A stretch of DNA of 64,000 nt, from NCBI GenBank assembly GCA_021613535.1, contig CP075494.1:3348001-3412000 (forward strand), in the 5' to 3' direction. The DNA is from Adineta vaga. Taxonomy: Eukaryota; Animalia; Rotifera. Below, in pieces: positions 1 through 11,188 of the stretch. Each line of letters starts with the position of its first letter. Position 1 is the stretch's first letter. The notes under the pieces were generated by a model. That model was not told where the DNA came from and made no database searches. It was given only the letters and a program-made list of their open reading frames with translations. The position numbers and the translations under genes were made by a program.

Positions 1-20
1 AAATAAATTATCTTTTTTAG

Positions 21-154
21 GATGGATTAACACAGGAAATATGAGTGTTGGACGAAGATATCATACAGCAACAATTTTATCAAATGGCACAGTTTTAGTT
101 ACGGGTGGAGACAATAGTGCTATTCATCTCAAAAGTGCTGAATTATATGAATAA
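21..154 (+). CDS. Last exon of a kelch-repeat protein; gene begins upstream of the window
   Basis: After the AG acceptor at 19-20 it reads WINTGNMSVGRRYHTATILSNGTVLVTGGDNSAIHLKSAELYE*, a typical kelch repeat (R..HTAT.L..G.VLV.GG...AELY). Confidence 0.8.
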
Positions 155-952
155 AATGTGATGAAAAGAGAAAAAACGAATTATTTTAAATTAAAACCTA
201 AAGCAAAATTTTTTGAAAAAGAAAAATAATTTTTAAAAGAAAAAAACAAAATAAATTTAAAAATTTGACGAAGAAAAGATGAAAATATTTAAATAAAAAT
301 AAATTCGAAATGAAAAATTGTAAAGAATATTTTTTTTTAAAATAAAAACAAATTCAACAAAATCTTTTCGTATTTTTATTTTAATTTAACTTTTAATTAA
401 GTAATTTTCGATAAAACGATGAAATATTTGCTTTTATTATTTATTTATAACGAAATTTTTCTTTGATCATCTTTTTAATTTTGAAATATTTATAAAATAA
501 TACAAAGATTTCTTTTAAATTTATTATTAATAAGGAGAAAGATTTATTAATTATTAATACAATTCAATAAAAATCGATCATATTTTCTATGAAAATAATA
601 CAAAAACATTGAAATATTCAATAGAAATTTCATTTGCGTATTTTATATTTTTAATTGAAAAAGAATACACCAAAATAGAAAAGATAAAATAACACTGGTA
701 CGTATCATCGGTAAAAATAACATTACGAAAAAGCAGATCGTTTCTGTAAATGTGCTCGAAATACAGATCGTAGAATTCTTTCAATGGGCTAATACAACAG
801 CTCCAAAAGCATTAGCTGATATATTCGAGGCATTGGGTGGTGCCGTTTTTCTCGATTCGAATAATTCATTAGAAGTCGTATGGAATGTGTTTGAACCATT
901 ATTTCGCCACTATATTGGTATTGAGTTTGATCAAAATAAATTTTACCTTCTA

Positions 953-2269
953 ACCCCTGTTGCATAAGTTTTGAGACAAATTTGTTTTATATATATCTCG
1001 GGTTAAACAAACTTTTTTTCCTTTCTCCCTATATCACGTGATAGAGCGTTGAAAGAAGTTCAGTTTGATCTAAAATAAATTAGTTCATCTTTATTCATAA
1101 TAAAATGGTACGTTCAGAAAGAGAATTCCTTGAAAAACGCATTGTACAACACTACGTGAACTTTGCTAAACATGAAAAAAGAATTACCGTAAATCATTTT
1201 TTACAAGAACAAATTCCACGTCCAACTATATATCGAATCATTAAAAAGTATGAACAATTTGGTGCTATTGGTGATAAGCCTAGAGTTGGTCGTCCTAAAA
1301 AATTATCAACACAACAATTAAATCGACTAAAACGCTTGACTGACCAAAAGACTGGAGTTTCATTACGTCAAATTCAACCAGAATTTAATGTCGATATTTC
1401 TACACTTAGTCGACAATTAAAAGCTATGGGTATTACGTATCGAAAAAAGAAACGAGCACCCAAATACACCGACAAACAACTTGATGAAATTCCAACACGT
1501 GCAAGACGATTATGCCGAGCATTATCTGAAGATAATGTTGAATTAGTGTTGGATGATGAAAAGTATTTCCTATTACATAATGAATCGATATCTGCTAACC
1601 GTGGTTTTTATACATCTGATCCAAGTGCTGCACCACCAGAAGTAAAATTTAAACGAACGAAAAAATTTGAACCCAAAATTATGGTGTGGATTGCCGTGTC
1701 CGAATATGGTATCTCCGAGCCCTTCTTCTCACAACAAAAACAAGCTATTACCAAAACTACTTATTTAAATAATTGTATTAAAGCTCGTTTGATGCCATTT
1801 ATTCAAAACAATCATTCTAAACAAAATGTGTTGTTCTGGCCTGATCTGGCGAGAAGCCATTATGCTCATCAAGTGATCGAATATTTAGATGAAAATAACA
1901 TTCGTTTTGTATCTGAACAAGAAAATCCACAAAACTGTCCACAAGCTCGACCAATCGAAACATTTTGGTCTATTCTTGAACAAATGGTATATGCTGGTGG
2001 TTGGGAAGCACAAAACATTGATCAATTGAAGAGAAGAATTAGGAAAAAATTAGATGAAGTTGATATTAAAGTTGTACAAACCATGTTTTCAGGCATAGCA
2101 AAACAGCTTCGACGAATTGCTGATAAAGGACCTTATGAAGCCTGTTCTTTTTGATTTTTTGTACAGTAGCATTAGTACTTTTGTTATATAGGAAAAATAA
2201 AAAATGAAAGCTTGTTGCTCGAAAAAAACGGATAAAACAAATTTGTCTCAAAACTTATGCAACAGGGGT
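953..2269 (+). mobile_element. Full-length Tc1/mariner-superfamily DNA transposon, DD37E (ITmD37E-type)
   Basis: Perfect 38-bp TIRs (ACCCCTGTTGCATAAGTTTTGAGACAAATTTGTTTTAT at 953-990; reverse complement at 2232-2269), TA target duplications at 951-952 and 2270-2271, and a single transposase ORF. Confidence 0.95.
1105..2154 (+). CDS. DD37E transposase (349 aa)
   Basis: N-terminal HTH with a GRPKKL AT-hook-like motif. Catalytic segments LDDEKYF, FWPDLARSHY and PQARPIETFW, with 37 residues between the second D and the E. Confidence 0.93.
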   Translation: MVRSEREFLEKRIVQHYVNFAKHEKRITVNHFLQEQIPRPTIYRIIKKYEQFGAIGDKPRVGRPKKLSTQQLNRLKRLTDQKTGVSLRQIQPEFNVDISTLSRQLKAMGITYRKKKRAPKYTDKQLDEIPTRARRLCRALSEDNVELVLDDEKYFLLHNESISANRGFYTSDPSAAPPEVKFKRTKKFEPKIMVWIAVSEYGISEPFFSQQKQAITKTTYLNNCIKARLMPFIQNNHSKQNVLFWPDLARSHYAHQVIEYLDENNIRFVSEQENPQNCPQARPIETFWSILEQMVYAGGWEAQNIDQLKRRIRKKLDEVDIKVVQTMFSGIAKQLRRIADKGPYEACSF

Positions 2270-2427
2270 TATTTAACTTTTATTTAGATAAAACGATTCA
2301 AAATCCAAATTTAAATCCTATTTGACTATTATCAGAACATGGTGGTAAAGTTATTAAGTATAAATTCTCATTTTTTTTAATCAAAAGAATATTTTTATAA
2401 ATGATCTTTTATCAATAGAGAACATAC

Positions 2428-2479
2428 GGTGTGGGTGCGGGTGACAGTATATTCTCTTGACTATCACTCTCACATCACA
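2428..2479. repeat. Telomere-like junction motif (G arm plus degenerate C arm)
   Basis: GGTGTGGGTGCGGGTGA at 2428-2444, followed by CACTCTCACATCAC. Confidence 0.6.
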
Positions 2480-2651
2480 GTTACAAGAATTAGGCGGCTC
2501 ATGAACTTCGAATTCTCTTTAAAAAAAAACGATTTTAAACTTCTTTTTCGTTCTTATCTAATTGGAGTTATTTCACAACTAAACTGCAATACTTTTCAAG
2601 TCAAATATATAAGATCTGCGCTAAAGAATTCAAATATTCACCTTCGAAACT

Positions 2652-3350
2652 ATGTCACTCTTTCAACTTGCGCATGCAAACGAGGTACCCGATGGAAATA
2701 TGTGTGAATATGAGATCAAACATTATTTTCTACGAGCACGCGACTTACATCATGCTCACGTTTATGTAACACTCTATGGCCATCAAATTACACCTGGATT
2801 TTATGAAGATACAATAGAAGACATGCCAGAGACATATCACGAGTACGCAAAGAAAGCAGCAGACGAACGAAATTTGGAAATGTATGAGACAATGAACGAG
2901 GAGTGTTCAAAAGGTGAACATTTTTGGCACTCGATTAAAAAAGCCGATCAGGAGAAATATGACGGACAAGTTATTAAGGTAAGCACTGGTGATGGACAGC
3001 TTTTCAAGCTTTCAGTTCAGTTCTGTACACCTTGTAAAAACGAATTTACAGAAGAAAACTTTGATAAATACAATCAATATCAAATGGAACAAAAGAAAAA
3101 CATTTTTCAGTTGCGAGCACAAAATGAAGATTTGGTTCTAAAATACATATACCAAAATTTAGAAAAGTTTGATTTACGTTTGGAACAGTTGCCTGTTAAT
3201 GGTGAAAAGATCACAAAGTGGAAAGATATTCAAGAACTTTTCGAAAAAGAAACGAACTGTTTAGGCGATGGTCATAGACACGGCGAATTTGTTGTGCTTA
3301 AATTAGAAATATTGAGTGAACCAATTGGAATAATTGATTGTGATGATTAA
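2652..3350 (+). CDS. Hypothetical protein (232 aa), intronless
   Basis: Long ATG-initiated ORF with protein-like composition; no family recognised. Confidence 0.65.
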   Translation: MSLFQLAHANEVPDGNMCEYEIKHYFLRARDLHHAHVYVTLYGHQITPGFYEDTIEDMPETYHEYAKKAADERNLEMYETMNEECSKGEHFWHSIKKADQEKYDGQVIKVSTGDGQLFKLSVQFCTPCKNEFTEENFDKYNQYQMEQKKNIFQLRAQNEDLVLKYIYQNLEKFDLRLEQLPVNGEKITKWKDIQELFEKETNCLGDGHRHGEFVVLKLEILSEPIGIIDCDD

Positions 3351-3868
3351 TATTTTTTTCATCAAAATGTAAAAGCATATTTAATAACCAAGCTTAGTTA
3401 TACATCACGTTTCTTACAATATAGTCTTGTACTTTGTTCATAGAAATTGGTATGAAATGTGGCGGGGGTAGGAGAGAGCAGACTTTCGTACTTCAAGTAA
3501 CTTTGTTATCGAATCGAGAAAAACAGAAGAGAAAAACAGTATGTATTTTGATCTATTAATGCCGTAATTTTCTACTTCGCCCCCTCCCCTTGGTAAAAAG
3601 ACTCAAACATTACTGGAAAGTAGCTGTTGCACATCAATTTTCTTGATGTTCGTAGTGTTTTATTCCTTCGAATTTTATGTGGTTTGATGCAGTTTAAATA
3701 GCTCTACAAGAATTGGATAAAATCATGTTCAAATTCTTTTCTTTTTTTTCAACTCCAATTTTGATAAATTCTATGTTTACAAATATATATTCCAATGATT
3801 TTTAATCAATTTACATTTCTGTTTCAATGTTTCTCAATACAAAATATTACTATTCGTATTGATCGTGT

Positions 3869-4855
3869 TTACGCGTTCGCTGGACTAATTGTCTTCAAAG
3901 GAATTATGTGTTGTCTATTAAATTTCTTAAATTTCGCTTGAATCTCTGGAAGACCAATTAATGCTAAAAATGGTGATGTAAAACTAGAAAAATATGGTAA
4001 ATAGTGAATAATTATATCGATAAATTGTTGAGCAAATGATGGATCATAAAAATTTTGTCCTAAAGTAATCACAACCCAAGGCATCCATGTTATTAAACTT
4101 AAAAAACTAATCGCCAATAATTGTAAAATCATTCGTCGATTTTTTTTCAAAATATTTGGTACTAAAACTGTTGACGACACATTTCGTTTACGAATAACAA
4201 CACGAATTATTATTAATAAATTAAAAAATAAAATAATAAAAGGTGGTAACATGACATCAACAATTGTATCATAAATATTTGGAAGAAAATCACTAAAATA
4301 ACATGCTCCTCCACAAACAAATACATTTAGATCATATTCATGATTTGTTTTACATGGAATGAATAGAACAAGATATGCATTGATACCAATTGTGTACAAA
4401 CAAACAATTATTATTGGAATATAATGGAACAGGATTTTGTGTTTTATTATGAAACGTTTATGAAATATTAAGAGATAACGTTCAATTGAAGCATACATTG
4501 TTAAAAATAATGGAATTGCTTCAGAAGTATAATTCCAAAATATCCAAAATTGACAAAGATTTTTTGTTTGAAAATATCCCAATGAGAGAAAATGAAATGT
4601 AAATGGTAACTCACTGATAATGATTAAAAAATCAGCAATTAAAATACATAAAATAATATGATGATTTATACGATCAAGAAGTAAACTTTTTCGTAATCGA
4701 ATAAAATAATAGAAAATAAGAAGAAAACAAATTATTGATGGAATAGAAAATATTCCTAACAATGATATTGTTATCACACGTTGTTTTAAACTTATTCGAG
4801 ATAAATTGTCTTCAAATATCAATGATGTGTTAGATGTTACACTATTCATGTTCAT
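3869..4855 (-). CDS. Rhodopsin-like (class A) orphan GPCR
   Basis: Seven hydrophobic segments, YASIERYLLIFH (DRY-like motif), TM6 WMP and TM7 SPF. Confidence 0.85.
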   Translation of the reverse strand: MNMNSVTSNTSLIFEDNLSRISLKQRVITISLLGIFSIPSIICFLLIFYYFIRLRKSLLLDRINHHIILCILIADFLIIISELPFTFHFLSLGYFQTKNLCQFWIFWNYTSEAIPLFLTMYASIERYLLIFHKRFIIKHKILFHYIPIIIVCLYTIGINAYLVLFIPCKTNHEYDLNVFVCGGACYFSDFLPNIYDTIVDVMLPPFIILFFNLLIIIRVVIRKRNVSSTVLVPNILKKNRRMILQLLAISFLSLITWMPWVVITLGQNFYDPSFAQQFIDIIIHYLPYFSSFTSPFLALIGLPEIQAKFKKFNRQHIIPLKTISPANA

Positions 4856-5814
4856 TTCAAGATTCTACTTTTATAATGGTTATTAATAGTTTAGTATTTT
4901 CTACAAAATGAGGAAAGAGTAAAAGACTATATTTTTTATCTTAATTGTATTAGAGAAAAGCGAGCCTTCGTCTACTTCAGGAGTATTTGAAGTACGAATA
5001 AAGGAAGACGCAGTATTTAAATCCAGAAGTGTCACTTTTTCCCTTGAGAAAACGCCGTTGAACACGCAAATCTTTTTGTACTTTCTATTTTTTTAATAAT
5101 GAAAGTCATGAAAGAAAAAATAAACATAATCGTTACTAAGTTTTAAATAATTATAGCTATGACGTCCTCCATCTTTGTAAAAAAATATACTTTGTTTGCC
5201 TATAGGAACTATGAAAATGAGATCTACAAGCGAATATTCTAAATGGAGAGGCTCATTAGAATTCGCTTAGAAAATATTAAAATAAAGAAAAAAGTTTAAC
5301 TTGGTTTCTCTTAAAACGACAGTTTGCGATGAAGAAGGCAAAACTTCATATAATGGACTAAAAATCTCAATGAAAGTTTTGTTTTTCTCATTTCATGGAG
5401 TAATTGATGGAATAAGCGCTTCATGAGTACATGTGAAAACTTGAAATGAGTTAAATCTGCTTTTCCATTTGATTCAATAGGCCAATGCATACACAAAAAT
5501 CCATACCTTCATACCAACAAATTTTGATTTGCGATTCTCAATATTCTTTGCCTATTTGAATCTAAAGAAAACATTAACTGAAAGATTTAAGGTTATATGT
5601 TGTAAAGGCGATCATAAAATATCACGAGCGGGGCAATGTCGTTTTTCTAAAAGAAGAAATTATATTTTCAAACTAATAAAACTAACTATTTATATAAACA
5701 AAGATATCATTTGTATAAATAAATGCTTTATGATGATCGTTAATTGATGTCACTAAGAAATGTTGAGTTGTATGATTTTTGTGGAACTCACATGTATTTT
5801 TCTTCGAAAAATAA

Positions 5815-5887
5815 GTGAGTGAGGGTGATGGTGTGAATGCAGGTAAGGGTAGCATATTTACATGTCAGTCCCACCCATACTCTCAAG
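5815..5887. repeat. Telomere-like inverted junction motif
   Basis: GTGAGTGAGGGTGATGGTGTG ... CCCACCCATACTCTCAAG. Confidence 0.65.
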
Positions 5888-6563
5888 ATGATTTATTCTT
5901 AGCAATAAAAGAATTTCGAATGTAGATATTACTAAAAAAATAAGCAGTGTGAGTTCAACATTTTTTAGCCCCAAAGAAGCTGCGCTGACACGCTTTTTAT
6001 CTACTTTATTTGTATCATTAACGTTCATTATTGAAGAAATAAATGTCAAATGTCATTTGTTCTCACATTAATTTTGTGATCTTTTGTAAGATAAGAAGAG
6101 TTTGTTGATTTCAATTATCTCTCTAATACGAAAAAAACAACAAAATGATTTTTGTTTTCGTTCAATAAATTAGTGCCAAGCGACTTTCGATGTAGTGAGA
6201 TCAAGAAATGTTATACAAATATTCGGGGTAAACGATTGCTTTCCTTCGCGTATACGACGCGCTGCCAATGTCGAATATTGAAGTGATCATATGAGAGCTT
6301 CTTTCACTCTATCATCTCTCACACTTCATCTTAAATCCAATATAATCTAGGAAAAAAATGGTGAAGTGTGTTGTGTATCCATATATTTTATCTATTGAGT
6401 TTGATCAAACGGATTAGAATATCGTTAATCCATGATAAATATTTATTTCAACATGATGACGTGAAAGAATATTGAAATAAAGATAAGAACAATGAAAAAA
6501 AAGGATTTGATTTTTAAAACTAAAGTTTGGATATAAATGGTATTGACATCCTAACGAATTTGT

Positions 6564-8711
6564 ATGTTACAGATTAAAATCATGTTGTTTGTACTGGTTA
6601 TTCTGCAATTCTTTCTATATTCATTTGGAGAGAATAAACCAAAATTAAGTTTGGATGAATTTTTCAATTATGTCGATTATCCAACTGTAAGTGTTTCTCC
6701 AACAGGGGAATATTTATTCTACGAAGATAAGAGACCATCGTGGGAAAATAATTCCTATGTACGAAATTTATGCTTATATGATATTCAAAAACAACAAAAC
6801 CGATTGATTACAACAGATTCAACTGATTTCTTCCTTCCCATGTGGTCACCAAGTGGAAAATGGATCTCATTTTTCGTCAAAAATCATTTAATGACAAACA
6901 CTTCTCGACGTTCACTTGAAAGATTTGAAACAATCGAACAATACATGTATTTTTATTCAGTAATCACAAACAAAATCATTCCTGTTCAAATCTATAATAA
7001 TATTCAACCATCGTTTGCTACATGGTCAAATGATGATGAAATTCTTTACATCGTTGCAACAGGATTATCATCTAAAGAAGAAAACGATGGGTATAGAAGA
7101 GAATGGAAAGATGTAATTAATTATCGGCAGACTAAACCAAGTGAAGGAAGTGTTATCTATCGAATGGAAATCGATACAAATAGTTCACTTTTATCTGCAA
7201 AATTAAAGATTGCTTTCAATACGTCTTTACTTATCAATGAACTTTTGTATGTTCCATACGAAGAACAACTTGTTTTCACATCCGGAAGCAAACTTTATGA
7301 AGATTTAAATAATTTTGAAATATATTCCATTCATTTGAATAATTCATTTTCATCATTATCAAGATTGACTTATATAGAAGGAATTGAACAAAATTTACAG
7401 TTATCAAATGATGGAAAGCATATTTTATTTCGTTTATGGGCTTTAAGTTCAGGTCAAGTACAAACTACTCAACGGCGACTGTATTCATTGAATTTAATTA
7501 CCCGTCAAATTGATCGATTAGGAACAAATTTTAATGGAGTTATTACACAATTTACAGTCAAATCTGGAAGTGGAGTTCATTTTATCGGACAATTGGGACT
7601 TAATGTTCAAGTTTATACTCAAGAATCTTTAATAGATGATGCAATTTATCAACAAGGATGGAATGGAACGTATGAACAATTTTCTTCATCGTCAAATCGA
7701 ATATATGGACCAATTGCATTTGCTTTTTCATCGTTCCAACAGCCAAAAGAAGTTTATGTAGCGGAAAATATTCATCGACTCAGATTTGCTAAGGCAATTA
7801 CGAATGAAAATCAATTATTCACACAACGAGATTTGCCGAAAGCAAGAGCATATCATTGGAAAAATATGGAAGATAATCGAGAAATAGAAGGAATTTTACA
7901 TTATCCACCAGGAAAGTTTAATGAGAAAAATTTGCCTCTATTAGTTCTTATTCATGGTGGTCCGAATGCTGCAAGTGTTAATGAACTTCAAGCTACTTGG
8001 AATTGGGCCACGTTGGCTGCGACGGAAGGTTGGCTAGTCTTAGAACCGAATTATCGAGGATCAGCTGGTTATGGAGATGAATTTCTGGAAGAAATTCGTC
8101 ATCGATTACTTTCATTGCCTGGTCAAGATATTCTAATGGGAGTTGATCAATTGATTAAAGATGAGATTGCTAATCCTCAAAGACTTGCCATCGGAGGTTA
8201 TAGTTACGGTGGTTATCTAACGAATTGGCTCATCACTCAAACAACACGTTTCAATGTTGCTTTATCAGGTGCTGGAGGTATTGAACATACTTCGGGCTGG
8301 GGAACAATGGATTTACCAGTACTTCTTAGTTATTTACATGGAGGCTTTCCTTGGCAAGTACCACATGTTTATCAAAGGGAATCTGCAATTTATTATATGA
8401 ATAAAGTACGTACACCAACACATATTGTTGTTGGGGGAAACGATGTACGAGTCGACCCTGATCAAAGTTTTATATTAGAACGTTGTCTTCATTATCTTGG
8501 AATACCTGTTCAATTATTAATTTTTCCAAATGAAGGTCATGGTATTGAGAATTATCCTTGGAATGGAAGAATTAAAGTACAAGAAGAACTTAAATGGTTA
8601 CATAAATATGGAAATCAATCATTACCAAAGGAATCTGCAGCCAATACCATCTCTTTCTCTTTCCTTTTCACATCGCTATCATTATTTGTCTGCAAGGTTT
8701 TCTCTTTTTAA
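6564..8711 (+). CDS. Secreted S9-family (prolyl oligopeptidase / acylaminoacyl peptidase-like) serine peptidase, intronless
   Basis: Signal peptide, beta-propeller with WSPSGK-type repeats, IHGGP, PNYRGSAGYG, nucleophile GYSYGG, NDVRV (Asp), EGHG (His), hydrophobic C-terminal tail. Confidence 0.92.
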   Translation: MLQIKIMLFVLVILQFFLYSFGENKPKLSLDEFFNYVDYPTVSVSPTGEYLFYEDKRPSWENNSYVRNLCLYDIQKQQNRLITTDSTDFFLPMWSPSGKWISFFVKNHLMTNTSRRSLERFETIEQYMYFYSVITNKIIPVQIYNNIQPSFATWSNDDEILYIVATGLSSKEENDGYRREWKDVINYRQTKPSEGSVIYRMEIDTNSSLLSAKLKIAFNTSLLINELLYVPYEEQLVFTSGSKLYEDLNNFEIYSIHLNNSFSSLSRLTYIEGIEQNLQLSNDGKHILFRLWALSSGQVQTTQRRLYSLNLITRQIDRLGTNFNGVITQFTVKSGSGVHFIGQLGLNVQVYTQESLIDDAIYQQGWNGTYEQFSSSSNRIYGPIAFAFSSFQQPKEVYVAENIHRLRFAKAITNENQLFTQRDLPKARAYHWKNMEDNREIEGILHYPPGKFNEKNLPLLVLIHGGPNAASVNELQATWNWATLAATEGWLVLEPNYRGSAGYGDEFLEEIRHRLLSLPGQDILMGVDQLIKDEIANPQRLAIGGYSYGGYLTNWLITQTTRFNVALSGAGGIEHTSGWGTMDLPVLLSYLHGGFPWQVPHVYQRESAIYYMNKVRTPTHIVVGGNDVRVDPDQSFILERCLHYLGIPVQLLIFPNEGHGIENYPWNGRIKVQEELKWLHKYGNQSLPKESAANTISFSFLFTSLSLFVCKVFSF

Positions 8712-8738
8712 AACTGAGATTATTTTTTGAAATCGGTC

Positions 8739-8787
8739 GGGTGAGGGTGTGGGTGTCGTTCTTCTCTTCACTTACTCACACCCTCAA
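8739..8787. repeat. Telomere-like inverted junction motif
   Basis: GGGTGAGGGTGTGGGTGTC ... CTCACACCCTCAA, starting 28 nt after the peptidase stop codon. Confidence 0.8.
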
Positions 8788-9016
8788 AATGCACAGAATA
8801 CGTTTCAGTTTTAGTAGTATTTCATCACAAGTTAACTAAAATAGAAACTTGTTTAAATTTGTAATGACAAGTAAAATTTATTATAACTTCGTTTAAAATG
8901 AAGCGCTCCACTAAACCTAATGACATACAAAAACTGTCAAATACAACTACACAGACGTTCATCCAATGATTTCAGTTTTTCTTTTTGAAAAATATTTGCG
9001 CCTTTTTTATTCTTTT

Positions 9017-11188
9017 TTAGAAATATACGATCATTGAGTCATTCTCGTTTTCTTTGACGTCGTTACTTTTATGCATTTTAGATTTTTGATATCGAAGTAT
9101 GTATTCTTGACGTTGACGAGTCAATATCTTACTAGCACTATATTCAATAATCTCTTGATCCTTCATTGATGCTAATAAACCACGATGTCGACCCAGGAGC
9201 ATAGTTATAATAAGTATGATTTTACTTCCAAAGGAGAGAACAGTTGCGAAACTTGTTGTCTTATTTGAATAGCCTAATGACATACCAACACCACCAAATG
9301 CAGAAATAATTTCGAAGATAATTTTTAAAAGTGTTATTTCCGGATCGATTGGTGCCATCCGACGATATTCAATAGCACAAATCAGAAAAATAAAGGCAAA
9401 CAACCAAGTTCGTGTCAATAGAAAAACGTTAAATGTATGTTTAAATAATGCTCGAATAAAATGAATAAGAAATAAACGTAAACGTAAAACGTTAATATGT
9501 TTTGAATATGTTGAATTTCTTCTCCTATCATTAAAATTTCGTGAAAATTCTTTTCTTGCGAGTTTTTTCGTGGTAACACTTTGACGACGTAAAAATTGTT
9601 GCATTTGATTGAAGAACGAAACATTAGCATTTGCTCCTGATACGACTGACATTGCACGTTGGAACATCCATGGCATAGATATCGATACATTTGTTTCGCT
9701 ATCGGCTTCTGCTTGAGCATCTAACGTCAGCCAATAGATTTCTAATGGTGATTCATCGAGTGCACACAGCATTTGTGGTTTAGTAGCCATCAATAGTAAA
9801 TAAACGAGCAATGTTGCTGTTGCAAACAGACTGATATCAAATGTTTGAAAACCACAAAATCGAAGATTTATTGTTTGAAAAAGAAATATCACGAACTGTA
9901 TACCAGAACTATATTGTTGTAAATCTTTGTTATTCAGATCGAGTATTAGTGAAATACTTATTGACATTGAATATAATATGATGGTAACAAAAAAATAGAT
10001 ACGAGTTTGTAATGTAGGATACAAAAGAGTTGATAGATGATGATTGTTTAAAAGAATATATTCGAATATGACTTTGTGACGCCAAGGAGCAAGACGACGT
10101 AATAGAAAAACGAAATTACGTAGAATAATTGGAAAGAAAGATGAACCGCTTATTACTAACTAGAATAAAAACAAGTATATCGTTATGAACATATGACAAT
10201 ACATGTAACACACACTAGACATTACCAAAACGATGACTATATTGAGAAAAACATCATCAACATATCGTATCAAACTTGTTGAGAAAGGTGTTAAACCATT
10301 TTGATTGAAACTGAAAAGAGTTAACATGCTTGATACATACCATGGACTGAGAGTAATATTGTTTTGCAATAAATATTCTGGACTTCTATGTGTATGAAGC
10401 CATATTCCAATAGCAAGGAAACCAGTAATATAAATAGTGAAATAGAGAGTTAGTATGAGAATAATACATGTAATATATGCCTGATAACGCAATTTATCCG
10501 GTGTTGGTAACCGTGCCAATTCGGTACGAATATGTGATGGTAAATTTTGATCATATTGAAGATCGGACGTTTCTGATTCATCATACTTTTCATTATCATT
10601 ATCGACATCAGTACTATGAGCAGGTTTGTATATTTTAGCTTTGATGACTATTGCTGGCAATGTACTAATAGCAAAGCCTGATATGAATGCAAACCCCATC
10701 ATAATAAGCTGTGATGTACGAGAAAGTTGCGCAAAATCTATCGTAGTCAAGCCACAGCTACATATGGTTGAGACAGCCGTAAACCAGGCGTCAAGGTATG
10801 TTACGACCATGAATGTATTACGTGATGATGAATAGTTTTCAATTAAAAAGATGATGAGACCACCAAAAAAACCATTGAAAATAAAAGCCATCAAATGAAT
10901 GTAGAAATAGTAACTCATTTTCCAGCGATACTTTCCAAATAGAGACTTTTTCAATTTTGAGATATTTCTATGCACTGCTTGAGGTTCGACCTTGTAGATT
11001 GCGTTAGGTGTTGTCACTGTTGAAATTGTTGAGTGACAAAAGCTATGTCTTTCATGAAATGATGCATCATTTAAACTAGTATTGTTCGTACTGAACAAAT
11101 CTAAGTTTTCGCTAATTGCTGCGAGTGTTTCAATAGCGATGCGCGAAGCACGTCTCTCTCTTTGCAAATCACGTGTTGATACTGGCAT
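9017..11188 (-). CDS. Trk/Ktr/HKT-family cation (K+/Na+) transporter, 2 coding exons (11188-10226, 10159-9017)
   Basis: Four P-loop motifs: AVSTICSCGLT, SFNQNGL, NLRFCGF and FEIISAFGGVGMSLGY. Also contains MLLGRHRGL. A 66-nt GT-AG intron joins the two ORFs in frame. Confidence 0.88.

Larger units (their letters stand above)
767..2427 (+). pseudogene. Dicer-like RNase III C-terminal fragment (end of RNase IIIb into the dsRBD linker), with a transposon in its intron
   Basis: Exon 767-917 encodes APKALADIFEALGGAVFLDSNNSLEVVWNVFEPLF, the RNase III signature region. Intron GT at 918 to AG at 2287; the next exon gives DKTIQNPNLNPI, then an apparent 1-nt frameshift to LLSEHGGKVIK. No upstream exons are visible. 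Confidence 0.7.

Noticed and set aside
155-750. ORF 587-784 and the A/T-rich tract
   Set aside because: Low-complexity intergenic or UTR sequence with no protein-like signal.
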